Of a stretch of 64,000 nucleotides of DNA, positions 14,011 through 27,719 are shown in pieces. The stretch lies in NCBI RefSeq assembly GCF_001194135.2, contig NC_068984.1, positions 35,591,382 to 35,655,381 on the forward strand, in the 5' to 3' direction. The position numbers and the translations under genes are program-made. Each line of letters starts with the position of its first letter. Position 1 is the stretch's first letter. The notes under the pieces are model-generated. The model had not been told where the DNA came from and ran no database searches. It worked only from the letters and a program-made list of their open reading frames with translations. The stretch is from Octopus bimaculoides (lineage: Eukaryota).

Positions 14011-14994
14011 TTTTTCTGTGGAGTGGATGATTTGCAACTCTTCAAAACCACATGTAAACAGCAATAAAATATACATCCTTTTCTTAATAAATATGGTAAT
14101 GCAATATAAATAAACTATAAACGGATATGAAATATTCCGTGCATTTTCGGTCTAAGATTCTGGATATATATACATTTTACCTTCATCATATTATTCATAT
14201 GGTGACTAATGTTATGAGGAAACTTAGAAAGAGTATTAGAAGCAACATAATAAAAAGGAAAACAATTATAAACTCCACAACTGGATATGATTTACATACG
14301 GCTGATGTGCAGTTGTCAAGCAATGAATGATGTTTGCAGCAGATTGGGAATTTCTTCTGCTCACACTTCTCTCAAGCAGCCACAATATAATACAGAAAGC
14401 AAATTTATATCGTATCTCGCCTCACACAGCAGTTATACTTCGTGCAAATTCAAATATGAGCGTGTCATAAAACACTATCTTTCAATTAAGATGGCCGTGA
14501 AAGTAGCATTTTCGTAGGCAGAACAACATTTCTAAATTGGTGCCAACCCCAAAAATTGCGTAAGTTTTTCTGAGCTAGCACTGAAACGAGAGATCTGCTT
14601 GCATTTACACAATAAGAGAAGTAACTAGAGATTAAGTTATAATGGGGAGGATAATATTCGCCGAAAGTGAAATGGCAGGGCCATAATTCACAAGTATACT
14701 AAGAATTTTCACTTTTAGTGAGTAAACTATAGAGAAATATTAGTATACATATTTCAAAAGAGAATATCAACAATGCAGATTTCAGCACTCAGAGAAGGAC
14801 TGCAAAGTATATATATCACATCACTCCGAGTGATTAATAATGCATGTTTCAAATGACCAGATATTATTTAGTAATTATTATTATGTGTGTGTGTAGGGGT
14901 GTGTTATCAATTCTTATACATGTTCTTTTTAAAATTAATAAATACATTAGTTCAGAGCCGTCTGCTATATACCTATAATATTTGCTTTTTCTAT

Positions 14995-15151
14995 GGCGGC
15001 GAGCTGGCAGAATCGTTAGCACGAGGTCGACTTTGCCTTTCAGCTTTCGGGGTCGATAAATTAAGTACCATTTGCATACTGGAGTCGATGTAATTGACTG
15101 ACCTCCTCCCCCAAACTTTCGGGCTTTGTGCCAAGGGTAGAAAAGAATATT
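14995..15151 (+). mobile_element. tRNA-derived SINE family A with an internal deletion
   Basis: ggcggcgagctggcagaatcgttagcacg joins directly to aggtcgactttgcctttcagctttcggggtcgataaattaagtacca...gggctttgtgccaagggtagaaaagaat. Confidence 0.85.
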
Positions 15152-15719
15152 TGCTTTTTCTTAATAATGTCAATGTGTTGCAAAGATTAAACATATACAT
15201 ATATGGAATAGTAACACTACACTCAGATACGCACGTATGTGTATGTATGTATGTACATATGCACGTATGAATGTATATATGAATGTATCTGTGTATGTAT
15301 ATACATATGTGCAAACACACACATATATANNNNNNNNNNNNNNNNNNNNNNNNNNNNNNNNNNNNNNNNNNNNNNNNNNNNNNNNNNNNNNNNNNNNNNN
15401 NNNNNNNNNNNNNNNNNNNNNNNNNNNNNNNNNNNNNNNNNNNNNNNNNNNNNNNNNNNNNNNNNNNNNNNNNNNNNNNNNNNNNNNNNNNNNNNNNNNN
15501 NNNNNNNNNNNNNNNNNNNNNNNNNNNNNNNNNNNNNNNNNNNNNNNNNNNNNNNNNNNNNNNNNNNNNNNNNNNNNNNNNNNNNNNNNNNNNNNNNNNN
15601 NNNNNNNNNNNNNNNNNNNNNNNNNNNNNNNNNNNNNNNNNNNNNNNNNNNNNNNNNNNNNNNNNNNNNNNNNNNNNNNNNNNNNNNNNNNNNNNNNNNN
15701 NNNNNNNNNNNNNNNNNNN

Positions 15720-15764
<45 letters not shown>

Positions 15765-17127
15765 CGCTGCTGTGTACATGTATGTTTGTACTTATTGGTC
15801 TCTAGTTATGGTGCAGGGAAAATGTTCGCATAATAAATTTCAATATCAGTGCACATAAATTTATAGGTTTTCTGAAACATACATTCAAACATTAATTCTT
15901 ATTGAAGTATGAATGAACGCATCTATCATTCTAAATAACACACACATACACGCACACATGCACACACACACAGACAAAAACATGCACAAACACACAATAA
16001 TTTACTTATAACTTACTTTCAGGTTTTTTAACCCCAGGCGCGTTGTTGATGTGCCTGAGGCTGCTTCCAATTCATATTTGAATATATATATATATGTGGC
16101 GGGGATGTATCCAATGATTTTACAAGACTTTCTCCGGTGTGACATGAACTTCCAAGAATTTCCAAGTCCTCGTGTTTTATTTCGGAAATTTCCTTCTCGT
16201 AGTAGATTACCAATGAAGGTTTAAAAGCTTCTACCTGCCCATAAGTGAAGCTATCCAATTCACGACACCAAATATAGTGACCGAAGCCGGCTAGCTCATT
16301 CATACATAAATAAAGTAAAAGTACGATATGTGATTGACAAATATAAACAAGAATTAAATATAAATAATATATATAGATATAGAAAACAAAAAGGTATGCA
16401 ATTTAAAACTATAAATAAAGATTTAAATATAAATAATATGAATTTAAAAGTAAAAAATACACATATATATACATATTTAAAAAATGGTACGATGTATGAA
16501 TGAGAATTAATTAAGATATGTAATTTAAAAATATCAAGTGAGATTTAAATATAAATAATATGAATTTAAAAGTAAAAAATACACANNNNNNNNNNNNNNN
16601 NNNNNNNNNNNNNNNNNNNNNNNNNNNNNNNNNNNNNNNNNNNNNNNNNNNNNNNNNNNNNNNNNNNNNNNNNNNNNNNNNNNNNNNNNNNNNNNNNNNN
16701 NNNNNNNNNNNNNNNNNNNNNNNNNNNNNNNNNNNNNNNNNNNNNNNNNNNNNNNNNNNNNNNNNNNNNNNNNNNNNNNNNNNNNNNNNNNNNNNNNNNN
16801 NNNNNNNNNNNNNNNNNNNNNNNNNNNNNNNNNNNNNNNNNNNNNNNNNNNNNNNNNNNNNNNNNNNNNNNNNNNNNNNNNNNNNNNNNNNNNNNNNNNN
16901 NNNNNNNNNNNNNNNNNNNNNNNNNNNNNNNNNNNNNNNNNNNNNNNNNNNNNNNNNNNNNNNNNNNNNNNNNNNNNNNNNNNNNNNNNNNNNNNNNNNN
17001 NNNNNNNNNNNNNNNNNNNNNNNNNNNNNNNNNNNNNNNNNNNNNNNNNNNNNNNNNNNNNNNNNNNNNNNNNNNNNNNNNNNNNNNNNNNNNNNNNNNN
17101 NNNNNNNNNNNNNNNNNNNATATACAC

Positions 17128-17522
17128 CTTTCATTTATCTTAGTCGTTAGACTGTGGACATGCTGGCGCACCGTCTTCATGAAATTTTATTTGAATGTAT
17201 GAAGCCTAGTATTTCTTGTAAATCCTTGTACTTGTGGTAACTGTCTGTTCTGCTGGTCGTCTAAGTTTCCGGGATGTAAACACACCAGCAGCGATTATGA
17301 AGCTTTGTAGGACACTCTCACACACAGACAGAGACGTACATATATGTATATATACATGTATACGACGAGCATCTTTCAGTTTTTCTGTGCCAAATGCACC
17401 AATGATCATTTGGTCGGCCCGAAGCTATTTTAGTAGACACCCGTTGAACCTTCTACGCAGTGGTACTGAACTCCAAACCATATGGGTTGAAAGCAAGCTT
17501 CTTACCACACAGTCTCGCCTGG
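17128..17522 (-). mobile_element. Near full-length tRNA-derived SINE family B with a central TA/CA-rich segment
   Basis: The minus strand reads ccaggcgagactgtgtggtaagaagcttgct...gagttcagtaccactgcg (A/B-box-like), gggccgacca...aaactgaaagatgctcgtcgtatacatgtatata, then gtgtttacatcccggaaacttag...gacggtgcgccagcatgtccacagtc. Confidence 0.75.
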
Positions 17523-18873
17523 AAACGCGCTGGAACTTGCAACTTTCAAACCTGCACACAGTCACGTGCATATATGCACACACTGTAAAGCGCTTATACA
17601 AATACACATATTCACAAGCGTGTGCCCATAATATTCGACCAATGATACATAAACCAAGTCAGATATCAATTCCTGAAACTAAAAAGAAGCGCACATAGAC
17701 CGACACACATAAATACTTTCTAGTTACACTAAGTACCACAAGAACACACAATATCCTCATGGATGCTATCATGACAAACTGAAAGAAATAACGACACAGC
17801 ATTGATGTGTTTGCAATTTGCAACGAAATGACACGGACAGATCAAAAGGCTGATTGATCATAAGTTCAGTCACGCAATCGATTATTTAATTGGTTAATTA
17901 TTTAACTGTTTTGAAGCGAAATATAAACAGTGCTTGTGATTTTCATTGCCAAACTTTCTCAAACATCAATCAACAGACACCCACGCATATGGACTCATAC
18001 GCGCGCGCGCGTGCAACCTCCGAAAAGTTGCTTCCACACGAATACCATGATAGAAGCCGTTACTCTGCATGAGAAAATGAGTTGGTAGTACAAATATGTG
18101 GGGGTGTGTTTGTGTATATGACAATACATATACATACACCCATATACATCTACATACACATACACATATACACATGCATACATACACACACATATATATT
18201 TTTATATATAAATATGTTTGTATGTGTGTGCATGTGTGTTCGTGTTAATTTCAGTTTATTACATGAAGCTATTTTAAGAACATTTACTGAACGAAGATGA
18301 TGAAGTTGAATAATGTAAAGCTTGGGAAGGCACAATAAGTGTTACTGATTAAATCGGTTGTAAGCTTGGTCTTGCCTGCTATGCTTAACAATTGAAACTT
18401 AGAACGAAGATGTACGTATATATCTATAAATATCTATTTATCACTCTTATGGAAACTCTTATGGAAACTGTTATATTACTGAAGTCGCTAAATAACAAAA
18501 CGGTGGTTATTCAAACTTAACAATTGAAACTTAGAACGAAGATGATGAAGTTGAATAATGTAAAGCTTGGGAAGGNNNNNNNNNNCAAACTTAACAATTG
18601 AAACTTAGAACGAAGATGATGAAGTTGAATAATGTAAAGCTTGGGAAGGCACAATAAGTGTTACTGATTAAATCGGTTGTAAGCTTGGTCTTGCCTGCTA
18701 TGCTTTCGATCGTAAAGGAAGAAGAAAGAAAGAATAATTACATCCACCGATCATAAATATACACATGACGCTGCCTTTCAACCTTTGTGGTCGGTCAAAT
18801 ATGTTCCTATCCACTACTAGCGTCGACGTACGCAACCAGCTCACTTCTCCCAACTTTCAGTGCTTGAGCCTAG

Positions 18874-19092
18874 TTTAGAATCGTAGGCACGCCGGGCAGA
18901 ATGCTTCGCGGCATTTCGTCCGTCATAAACACTTCCGTCATAACCAGTTGAAATTCTACTGCGATCGATTCTGCATTTTATATTTCCGGGCGATAAATGA
19001 TGTACCAATCAAGCACAAGGATCGTTGTAATCAACTTAACCCCTCTCCCGACATTGCTGGCCTTGCGCCAAAATTTGAAACCGTTATTGTTA
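18874..19092 (+). mobile_element. tRNA-derived SINE family A, diverged
   Basis: agaatcgtaggcacgccgggcagaatgcttcgcggcatttcgtccgtc...cgataaatgatgtacca...gctggccttgcgccaaaatttgaaacc. Confidence 0.75.
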
Positions 19093-19338
19093 TTTATATT
19101 GTTATTATTTTCATTAGCATCTGCTTTCAATTCTGTTTCCATTTCTTGACAAGTGTCTTTGTGACATCTTCTGCAGTGAAACGTACAATATACATTGGTC
19201 GGTCATTAAAACAAACTCACCAGAATGTTCAATTACACGGTAATGTGATAAAGAAAAAGGGGAAGACAGATAGAAAAAGGAAAGATAAAAAAAATAGAAA
19301 AGTAAACAAATAAAATAAAGGAGAAAAAGAAGGAACAA

Positions 19339-20140
19339 TTACAGCGACAATGCTCTTCTCAATACGTGTGACGAACCACTTAAGACAATTTTGCGCGCAT
19401 CCTGCATGGATGGTAAGCCAGGGATCATTCTCAAATTATTTTCAGTTACTTTTCTGATCATTCCAAGTGCTCCTAGAATCATTGGTATTGTAGCCATCTT
19501 CAGATGTTGCATCATTTCGATTTCAATTAGCAGATCTTCATACTTTCTGAAGTTATCAAATTCTTTTGCCGAGATATTATGTTCACACAGAATGGTCATG
19601 TCAATCAGTAACCAGACATTTTTTTTACATTTGTCTTTCAGAATATCTGGTTTATTTACCTTGATGGTGAGATATGTACATACTGGGAAGTCCCAAACAA
19701 TAGTCAGATCTCCTCTCTTAGTTACAGTCTCAGGGTGATGTTTGTACGATTTATCAGCAGTTTTGATTTTATAATGACGACATATTATCCAATGCAGATA
19801 TTGACCAACTCTGTCTGTCTTGATATGCATTCTACTGGTGCTAAAACCTAACATTCAGTGATTGGGTGGTCGGTTGTTTCTATCCCATGGTTGCAGTATC
19901 GGCACTTTGCGTCTACATTAGTTTTCATCTCATTGGCTTCATAGTTCCGAGTCAATAAACTCTGATCTTGGTTAGCCAAGATAAAGACTTCAGTCTCTGC
20001 CGTTGCCATTAATGTGTGTGCTCCTGTTCTACATCAGATTGTTCGCTACGAGCCACATATTTGTCATGCAAAGGTGTTTGTTCCCACCTATCAGCCAATT
20101 GTTCAAGCGCATTTTGCTTTGCTATTGATTTTCTTCTTCA
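19339..20140 (-). mobile_element. R4/Dong-clade non-LTR retrotransposon 3' fragment: CCHC region and restriction-like endonuclease
   Basis: ORF 19339-19854 reads DRVGQYLHWIICRHY..YKHHPETV..TIVWDFPV..NKPDI..LLIDM..ISAKEFDNFRKYEDL..IPMILGALGMI..KIVLSGSSHVLRRALSL, the PD..D RLE domain. Upstream broken frames give RWEQTPLHDKYVARS. Confidence 0.9.
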
Positions 20141-20794
20141 GGTTGCGGAATTACCAGTGTCTTTTATTGTGACACCAACACTAGATGTATCATTAATCAG
20201 GACATGGGGAGACTCCGCCCGCTTCCTTTCATTATTAATAATATTACTATCATCACTGAGATCTCTGTTTATTTTTTTACTATTTCTCATTGTTATATTA
20301 ACAGACTCAGGTTACCCAGGCAGGGGTGGCACCAATTTCCAGCGCTGTTCAGATGGACAGCTGCATAGAAAATTACACTATTTGATATGGCCTTCCTCAG
20401 CGTTGATCTGTCACGCAGAACGACTTTCCAGAGAGTCGATTGCTCACTTTAAATCTTCGGTGAACAGGTTCTTCTTCAGTTTTCTGTCGCCGTTGTCAGT
20501 TACCTCCTTTATTGTTGTAATTGTTGTATCTCTGTGTAGTAGCTGCAGTGGTAGCATCAAGAACATCTGTAGGAGGGGTGGCGGGTAGTGGTAGTAGTGG
20601 TAGTTGTGTCTCAGATTCCTCTGCTATCTGAATAGTAGTAGTTGAAGTATTAGCAGGTGCAGCATATTATCATTATTTTTGATTTTTATGATTATCACCA
20701 TCACCACCACCTCTATTGTTATTAACATTATTACTATTTCCATCTATTATTAAAAGATTTTATTAAGTTTTCTTTATTTTCAAATTTTGTCTTC

Positions 20795-20820
20795 TATTGG
20801 GTTGGCAACTAAGTTCCCTT
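20795..20820 (+). mobile_element. Possible mariner terminal-inverted-repeat fragment
   Basis: tattgggttggcaactaagtt resembles the TA-TTGGGTTGGCAACTAAGT ends of mellifera-type mariners, recalled from memory. I saw no partner TIR or transposase. Confidence 0.35.
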
Positions 20821-20844
20821 TTTTAAAACTTTTGGAATTTATTG

Positions 20845-21005
20845 CGTTTTCATCACATCAGCTTGATAGTTCCGGGTCAATAAGCTCTGATATTGGGTAA
20901 CCAAGATAAAACCTTCAGTCTCTGCCGTAGCCATTAATGTGTATGCTTCTGTTCTACATCAGATTCTTTGCTACGGGCCACATATTTTGCATATGTGTAT
21001 TATCG
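20845..21005 (-). mobile_element. Second, diverged R4/Dong fragment
   Basis: gatagttccgggtcaataagctctgat..ccaagataaaaccttcagtctctgccgtagccattaatgtgt..ttctacatcagatt..gctacgggccacatattt parallels 19940-20070 with scattered substitutions. Confidence 0.8.
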
Positions 21006-22471
21006 TATTTACAACAGAAGCTACTTAAATTGAATCAGTTCTAATTTTATTCTATCACATTGGATATTATTATAAATATTTTATGTTATGCATTCCATTT
21101 GTGATGCATATCCTTCAATATAATCTATAGAAAAAAACGCCACAAAAAGATCTCTACTCTTATGGAAACTGTTATATTACTGAAGTCGCTAAATAACAAA
21201 ACGGTGGTTATTCCAACTTAACAATTGAAACTTAGAACGAAGATGATGAAGTTGAATAATGTAAAGCTTGTGATATGGCAAGCAGCCATTTCTCTGTTTC
21301 CAGTATTTTTCGTGTGATGGGTTGTTAATTTAAAGTGGCAAGCATATATATATGAATATACTATGGCAAAGTACATGTTGAATTATTTTTACGGGAACAC
21401 TGTAGCGAATTCATTACTACTCAATAGTTTAAGGGTACTTATTTTATCGATATCAGATTAAGAAGCCCCACATTTGAGCGTGCCTCTATTTCAAATTAGA
21501 TCAGTGAGGCATCGATATATTAAATTACAGCGAGGCATTTCATTCATCATTCTATATTATGGATACAATTCAACGCTCTACAAAATTCCAATTAATATAT
21601 TATCAATAAATGCTGGATTGCCATACGAGCTCAGGTGCATGTGATGGGAATATAAAATGGAGACTGTATTGCAAAAATGCTCCAAAGCATTTAGTGTTCC
21701 GAAGGATTGTATGCGATATCGGCGTCATAGTAATCTAAAGATTTTTAATAAAAATACCAACTATTACATTCTGTATGCGTGTGTGTATGTATTCATATAT
21801 TTATGTACATATACACACATGTATATATGTATTTGCATGTGTATGCATATATATATATATATATANNNNNNNNNNNNNNNNNNNNNNNNNNNNNNNNNNN
21901 NNNNNNNNNNNNNNNNNNNNNNNNNNNNNNNNNNNNNNNNNNNNNNNNNNNNNNNNNNNNNNNNNNNNNNNNNNNNNNNNNNNNNNNNNNNNNNNNNNNN
22001 NNNNNNNNNNNNNNNNNNNNNNNNNNNNNNNNNNNNNNNNNNNNNNNNNNNNNNNNNNNNNNNNNNNNNNNNNNNNNNNNNNNNNNNNNNNNNNNNNNNN
22101 NNNNNNNNNNNNNNNNNNNNNNNNNNNNNNNNNNNNNNNNNNNNNNNNNNNNNNNNNNNNNNNNNNNNNNNNNNNNNNNNNNNNNNNNNNNNNNNNNNNN
22201 NNNNNNNNNNNNNNNNNNNNNNNNNNNNNNNNNNNNNNNNNNNNNNNNNNNNNNNNNNNNNNNNNNNNNNNNNNNNNNNNNNNNNNNNNNNNNNNNNNNN
22301 NNNNNNNNNNNNNNNNNNNNNNNNNNNNNNNNNNNNNNNNNNNNNNNNNNNNNNNNNNNNNNNNNNNNNNNNNNNNNNNNNNNNNNNNNNNNNNNNNNNN
22401 NNNNNNNNNNNNNNNNNNNNNNNNNNNNNNNNNNNNNNNNNNNNNNNNNNNNNNNNNNNNNNNNNNNNNNN

Positions 22472-22592
<121 letters not shown>

Positions 22593-22699
22593 ATATATAT
22601 ATAAGTATGAATATGTATAAAAACACTACATACAGGAAATTATAGAAAGATGGACAGAATACTGGTGCGACATATAAAGTAACGACGGTGGGGTTGGTT

Positions 22700-23620
22700 C
22701 TAATGTCTTGAATGTCCCAATCAACGATGACAGAGAGCCTGAGGTCTAAGAATCAGTTATTGAATCAGAAGTAACGGAAGCCATAAGAATCTTAAAGAGT
22801 GAGAAAACAAAATAATTGGACAACATACCTGCTTTATTAATCCAGAAATTACCCAAATCATGGTCCCAATCGCTCATAATAACCCTCAGGGAGACGAAGA
22901 TGGCCAACATCAAGCAATGCAATAACTACCTAATCAGCCATTCCAGCAAGGTACTACTGAGAATTATTCTGAACAGCCGAAAATGCCAAACAGAAAGGCT
23001 GATAGAAAACCATGCTGGCTTCATTAAAAAACAGATGCAATATGGATCAAATATATACTCTCAAATTCTTGGAGAAAATTAGCTAGAATGTCACAGAGAA
23101 TTATACCACGACTTCATTGATTAAAAAAAAAAAAAACCTTCATCTTGGTTTGGAACGAAGCAATATGGGCCACAAAAGGATGAATTATGTCAGCCCAAAA
23201 GTGAGTGAGGTCACCAGACAGCTGTACGGAAAAGATGCTAGCGGTGTTTTCTATAACGGAACGATCGACAACTGATATCGAAAAACAGTAGGTGTACGTC
23301 AAGGATTTGTGCTCTTCTTCCTGGAACAGATCATGTCGGACACACTCGAAGAACATGAAGCACAAATATTATTGGAAGAATTTCGAATTCTAACCTTTTA
23401 TTCGCCGGCGACATCAATAACCTGTCAGGAAAAAAAAAAACGAGCCAGAAAACTTGGTGAAAAACTTGACCGACAAACAAAGTCCTACAACATAGAGGTA
23501 AGTGCAGAACAAACCAGAAACATGGCCAACAATAATACAGAATGTACCATAGATGGCATCACATTTAACAGACCAATGCTAGAAACAGCCAGTAAGTTTA
23601 AGTGCGATCATTCGTGATTT
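22700..23620 (+). mobile_element. Decayed RTE-clade LINE reverse transcriptase
   Basis: IESEVTEAIRILKSEK..DNIPA..PKSWSQSLIITL..NIKQCNNY..LISHSSKVLLRIILN..ENHAGF, and later FLEQIMSDTLEEHE..ELGEKLDRQTKSYNIEVSAEQT. These are characteristic RTE RT segments with internal deletions. Confidence 0.85.
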
Positions 23621-24014
23621 CCATCTTTCTTTAATCCTGAGAGATGAGAGCATTCAGTGTGAAGCTGAAAATAAAGTAAATTCAGTTGAGGTGAGAAACC
23701 GGAAATGAGACACGTGGCGGATAACGAAGTCACAATGAAATTAAGCTAATCTATTGAACCAAACAGACACCAGCTGACTTGAATAGGGCAATGTCCGCGT
23801 CAAAAGAAAGTCTTATCTAGCAGAGACAATGATGCAGGGCATGGTGGTAGGTCAACGAAAGCGATGGAAACCAACGGAAAGATGGATTTATAGCATGAAA
23901 AACAGCACAAGCCACGCATTCACCTTGTTACACAAAGCTGCATAAAGCAAAGAAAAGTTACAAAATCTGGTCAAACTCATCACGCTAAACGACCACACGC
24001 TAAAGTCTAAGAGA

Positions 24015-24046
<32 letters not shown>

Positions 24047-24101
24047 TCACTCACACACACAAGCACATGCACACACGTGAACACACACACGTGAGCACAT
24101 A

Positions 24102-24139
<38 letters not shown>

Positions 24140-24696
24140 GTGATCCTAACAAGGACGCTTCTATGTGTATATATAAATGTTGCAGCAATTATTTAAACTT
24201 CAGAAGGTACACCTGATTTCAAATATTGTCACGCAATGAAATATTTTCACTTAATTGTTTGTGATACACAGGCGTATATTTAACAATGACGTTGTTACTG
24301 AAATTCATTAAAAATACTGAAGCGAAGTGATTCGGACGTAATTATATTAGATGTAGGCAGAACGTACACATTAACCATGGTTTGATGACGATTTTTAAAA
24401 CTTTGTGTTTTACCTCTATTTTTCTTCTTTACTTTCGGTATATTGTGTTTCGGCAAAGACGAACATCTACTGCCAACATTTGAATATATTCATGTAAAAT
24501 TTAGATTTCTTTTAAAATAATTTCTACTATTAAGAAAGTTAAAGCACATTATATTTGCAATCTTAACCACTACTTACGACAGACTTCTAAATATTGCAGA
24601 TGACTATACTTTCCCATATATAAACCAAAAAATTGAAATCGTTCTTAAATGGTTCAATAAACTATCAGGCAAAAGTTCAAGTTCATTTCAAAACCA

Positions 24697-24758
24697 AACT
24701 CTTTAATTTCATATTATAGATCGACTTATTACTTAATTTGCAAAGGCCTACTTTGGAA

Positions 24759-24838
<80 letters not shown>

Positions 24839-24932
24839 TACACACACACAAGCATGTGTGTAAACATGTGTTCCGAAGTAGGCCTTTGCAAATTAAGTAA
24901 TAAGTCAATCTATAATATCGAATTAAAGAGTT
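24697..24932. repeat. About 66-bp inverted repeat enclosing a (CA)n tract
   Basis: aactctttaatt..atattatagatcgacttattacttaatttgcaaaggcctactttggaacaca (24697-24762) versus the reverse complement of 24867-24932, about 4 mismatches. Confidence 0.9.
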
Positions 24933-25311
24933 AGCCGAAATCAATATATGAAATTATAATATCTGCTGTGATATGGAGTGTATAGTTTTCGATATAATAT
25001 TTCTAAGAAGCCGAATTACACGATATTACATAATGCAACTGCGACTACAATATCCTTCTGTAACAATAATCCCCACGCTACAATAATACGTCATATGACA
25101 CAGAGAAATGAATGCTTCCTTTTGTTATGACTCGTTAGAGTATTCTTTCAAATTGCAGTTGAGTTCAACTGTTAGTTTTACGCATAACACATGTTAAACT
25201 TAACATATGAGAAAGGAAATTCACGTTGTAATTTAGTTGAATCTATTTAATGATATCAGTGATTATTGGTAATTTTTGAAATTATGCCAAATGCCTTTAT
25301 GCACTATACGA

Positions 25312-25373
<62 letters not shown>

Positions 25374-25467
25374 NNNNNNNNNNNNNNNNNNNNNNNNNNN
25401 NNNNNNNNNNNNNNNNNNNNNNNNNNNNNNNNNNNNNNNNNNNNNNNNNNNNNNNNNNNNNNNNNNN

Positions 25468-25563
<96 letters not shown>

Positions 25564-27231
25564 ATGTAAAATATATGAAAATCTGTGAAGTGTGTCTCTA
25601 TAAATTGATTTTCTAATAAATTCAATGGAAGCTGATGCTCGTATTTTATGATGGTTTGCTAAAGATGCCTATGTATCTTGGACTTGCTTAATGAATCATC
25701 TCACATCTCAGTCAAAACATGAATATCTTGTTTAAATAAACTTATAGGTTTACGTTTTAATTGTAATTTAAAAACCTATCAGTATTTTTTGAAAAATAGA
25801 TGATATAATGAAGTTTATACGCTCCTATATAGGGTTGTACATACTCCCAACATAGTAAATATATCTGCGTAATGTAGATTTTCTATTAGGTTACTGATAT
25901 TGTACGTAAGTGGGGCATGCTCTATTTCGCCTCCGGTCTGTGAAATTATTCGTCGACTTAAATTTAGAGCAAAAATATATAGCCTAATAATAACTAATAA
26001 ATCATATTAGATACTAAGCAATACAATGAAGGTAATCAAGTCATTCCTACTCATAATTTACAATACTTTTAATGATTGCTGAATGGACGGGAAAGGTTTA
26101 CATAATTGGAATCCTTACCAGAACCTTGGAGTTTCTTGTAACTTAGATCCATTACAACTTACGACAACTAATTTAATATAACATTTGAAACCGGAAATTG
26201 CATAGTGAAAATCCTATCCTAAGATATTTGCTTTCAATTATATGACATCTCTCTCATATCTTATCTGTTTACCAACGTAAAATTGGCGAGAAATTATATA
26301 AAATATTTCACTATGTAATTTCCTAATATATGAAGTTTGAAAGTTAGATTACACATAATTGCAAACGCAAAGTTTGGTGCATACATACATAACCGGAATA
26401 CACGTAAATAACATCATACATACATATGTATACGCATACAAACATTTAAATACACACATGCTCACGCATATGAATATGCATACACACAGGCATATGTGTG
26501 TGTGTGTTAGTGTAACATGTTTGCAAATATACATGCATATGTGCATTTTTATACCTTACAAACATCCGCATAGACACATGTATAAGCATATATGTGTGTG
26601 AGTGTGTGTGTATATATGCATACAATTATATACAGACGCACACACACAAACACACTCAGACACATTCGTGTGAGTAAGAGTATGTGCTCTTCGCCTCGAT
26701 TCTCGATTCTCTGCGCTTATATATTGTTACTACGTTCTCCAAATAAGTCGCTTTAAATTATATTGCTTATGCAAATATTGCAAGAACAATTCATCTGTCA
26801 CATATTCCACTCGGTAAATATTCTCTGACTATATTAAATCAAATTAGATATCTCATTTCTGAAGGGATTTGAATTAAATCCCACGACTTTTAGCCATCTG
26901 GAATTAAGTTATTGAAATGGAATTGTCGCCAATCCTGCAATATTTGCCAATTTTAGAAGACCATTATGGTATTTTCACTATTATGTAAAACTAGATATTA
27001 AATTGATTTAGAGACATGTGTGCGCAGGTGGAGGATTGTATGAGCTTGTGCAATATATACCTATAAACATAACTCTTTCCCACATTTTCCCTCAACGTTT
27101 ACCCACGTCTCGTCATATATACCCTATCAACATGATTAGAGACAGAGTCAAGAATGTACACACATACTTAAAAATATGCACAAATACACACAAACACGTA
27201 TATTACATACACACATGGTAATACAGATGAG

Positions 27232-27266
<35 letters not shown>

Positions 27267-27682
27267 NNNNNNNNNNNNNNNNNNNNNNNNNNNNNNNNNN
27301 NNNNNNNNNNNNNNNNNNNNNNNNNNNNNNNNNNNNNNNNNNNNNNNNNNNNNNNNNNNNNNNNNNNNNNNNNNNNNNNNNNNNNNNNNNNNNNNNNNNN
27401 NNNNNNNNNNNNNNNNNNNNNNNNNNNNNNNNNNNNNNNNNNNNNNNNNNNNNNNNNNNNNNNNNNNNNNNNNNNNNNNNNNNNNNNNNNNNNNNNNNNN
27501 NNNNNNNNNNNNNNNNNNNNNNNNNNNNNNNNNNNNNNNNNNNNNNNNNNNNNNNNNNNNNNNNNNNNNNNNNNNNNNNNNNNNNNNNNNNNNNNNNNNN
27601 NNNNNNNNNNNNNNNNNNNNNNNNNNNNNNNNNNNNNNNNNNNNNNNNNNNNNNNNNNNNNNNNNNNNNNNNNNNNNNNNNN

Positions 27683-27719
<37 letters not shown>

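Noticed and set aside
16028-16303. 91-aa minus-strand ORF with protein-like composition
   Set aside because: No recognisable family, it contains a (TA)n insert, and splice signals are inconsistent between frames.
18286-18705. Repeated blocks as a CRISPR-like array
   Set aside because: Eukaryotic context, irregular overlapping blocks, no unique regular spacers and no cas genes.
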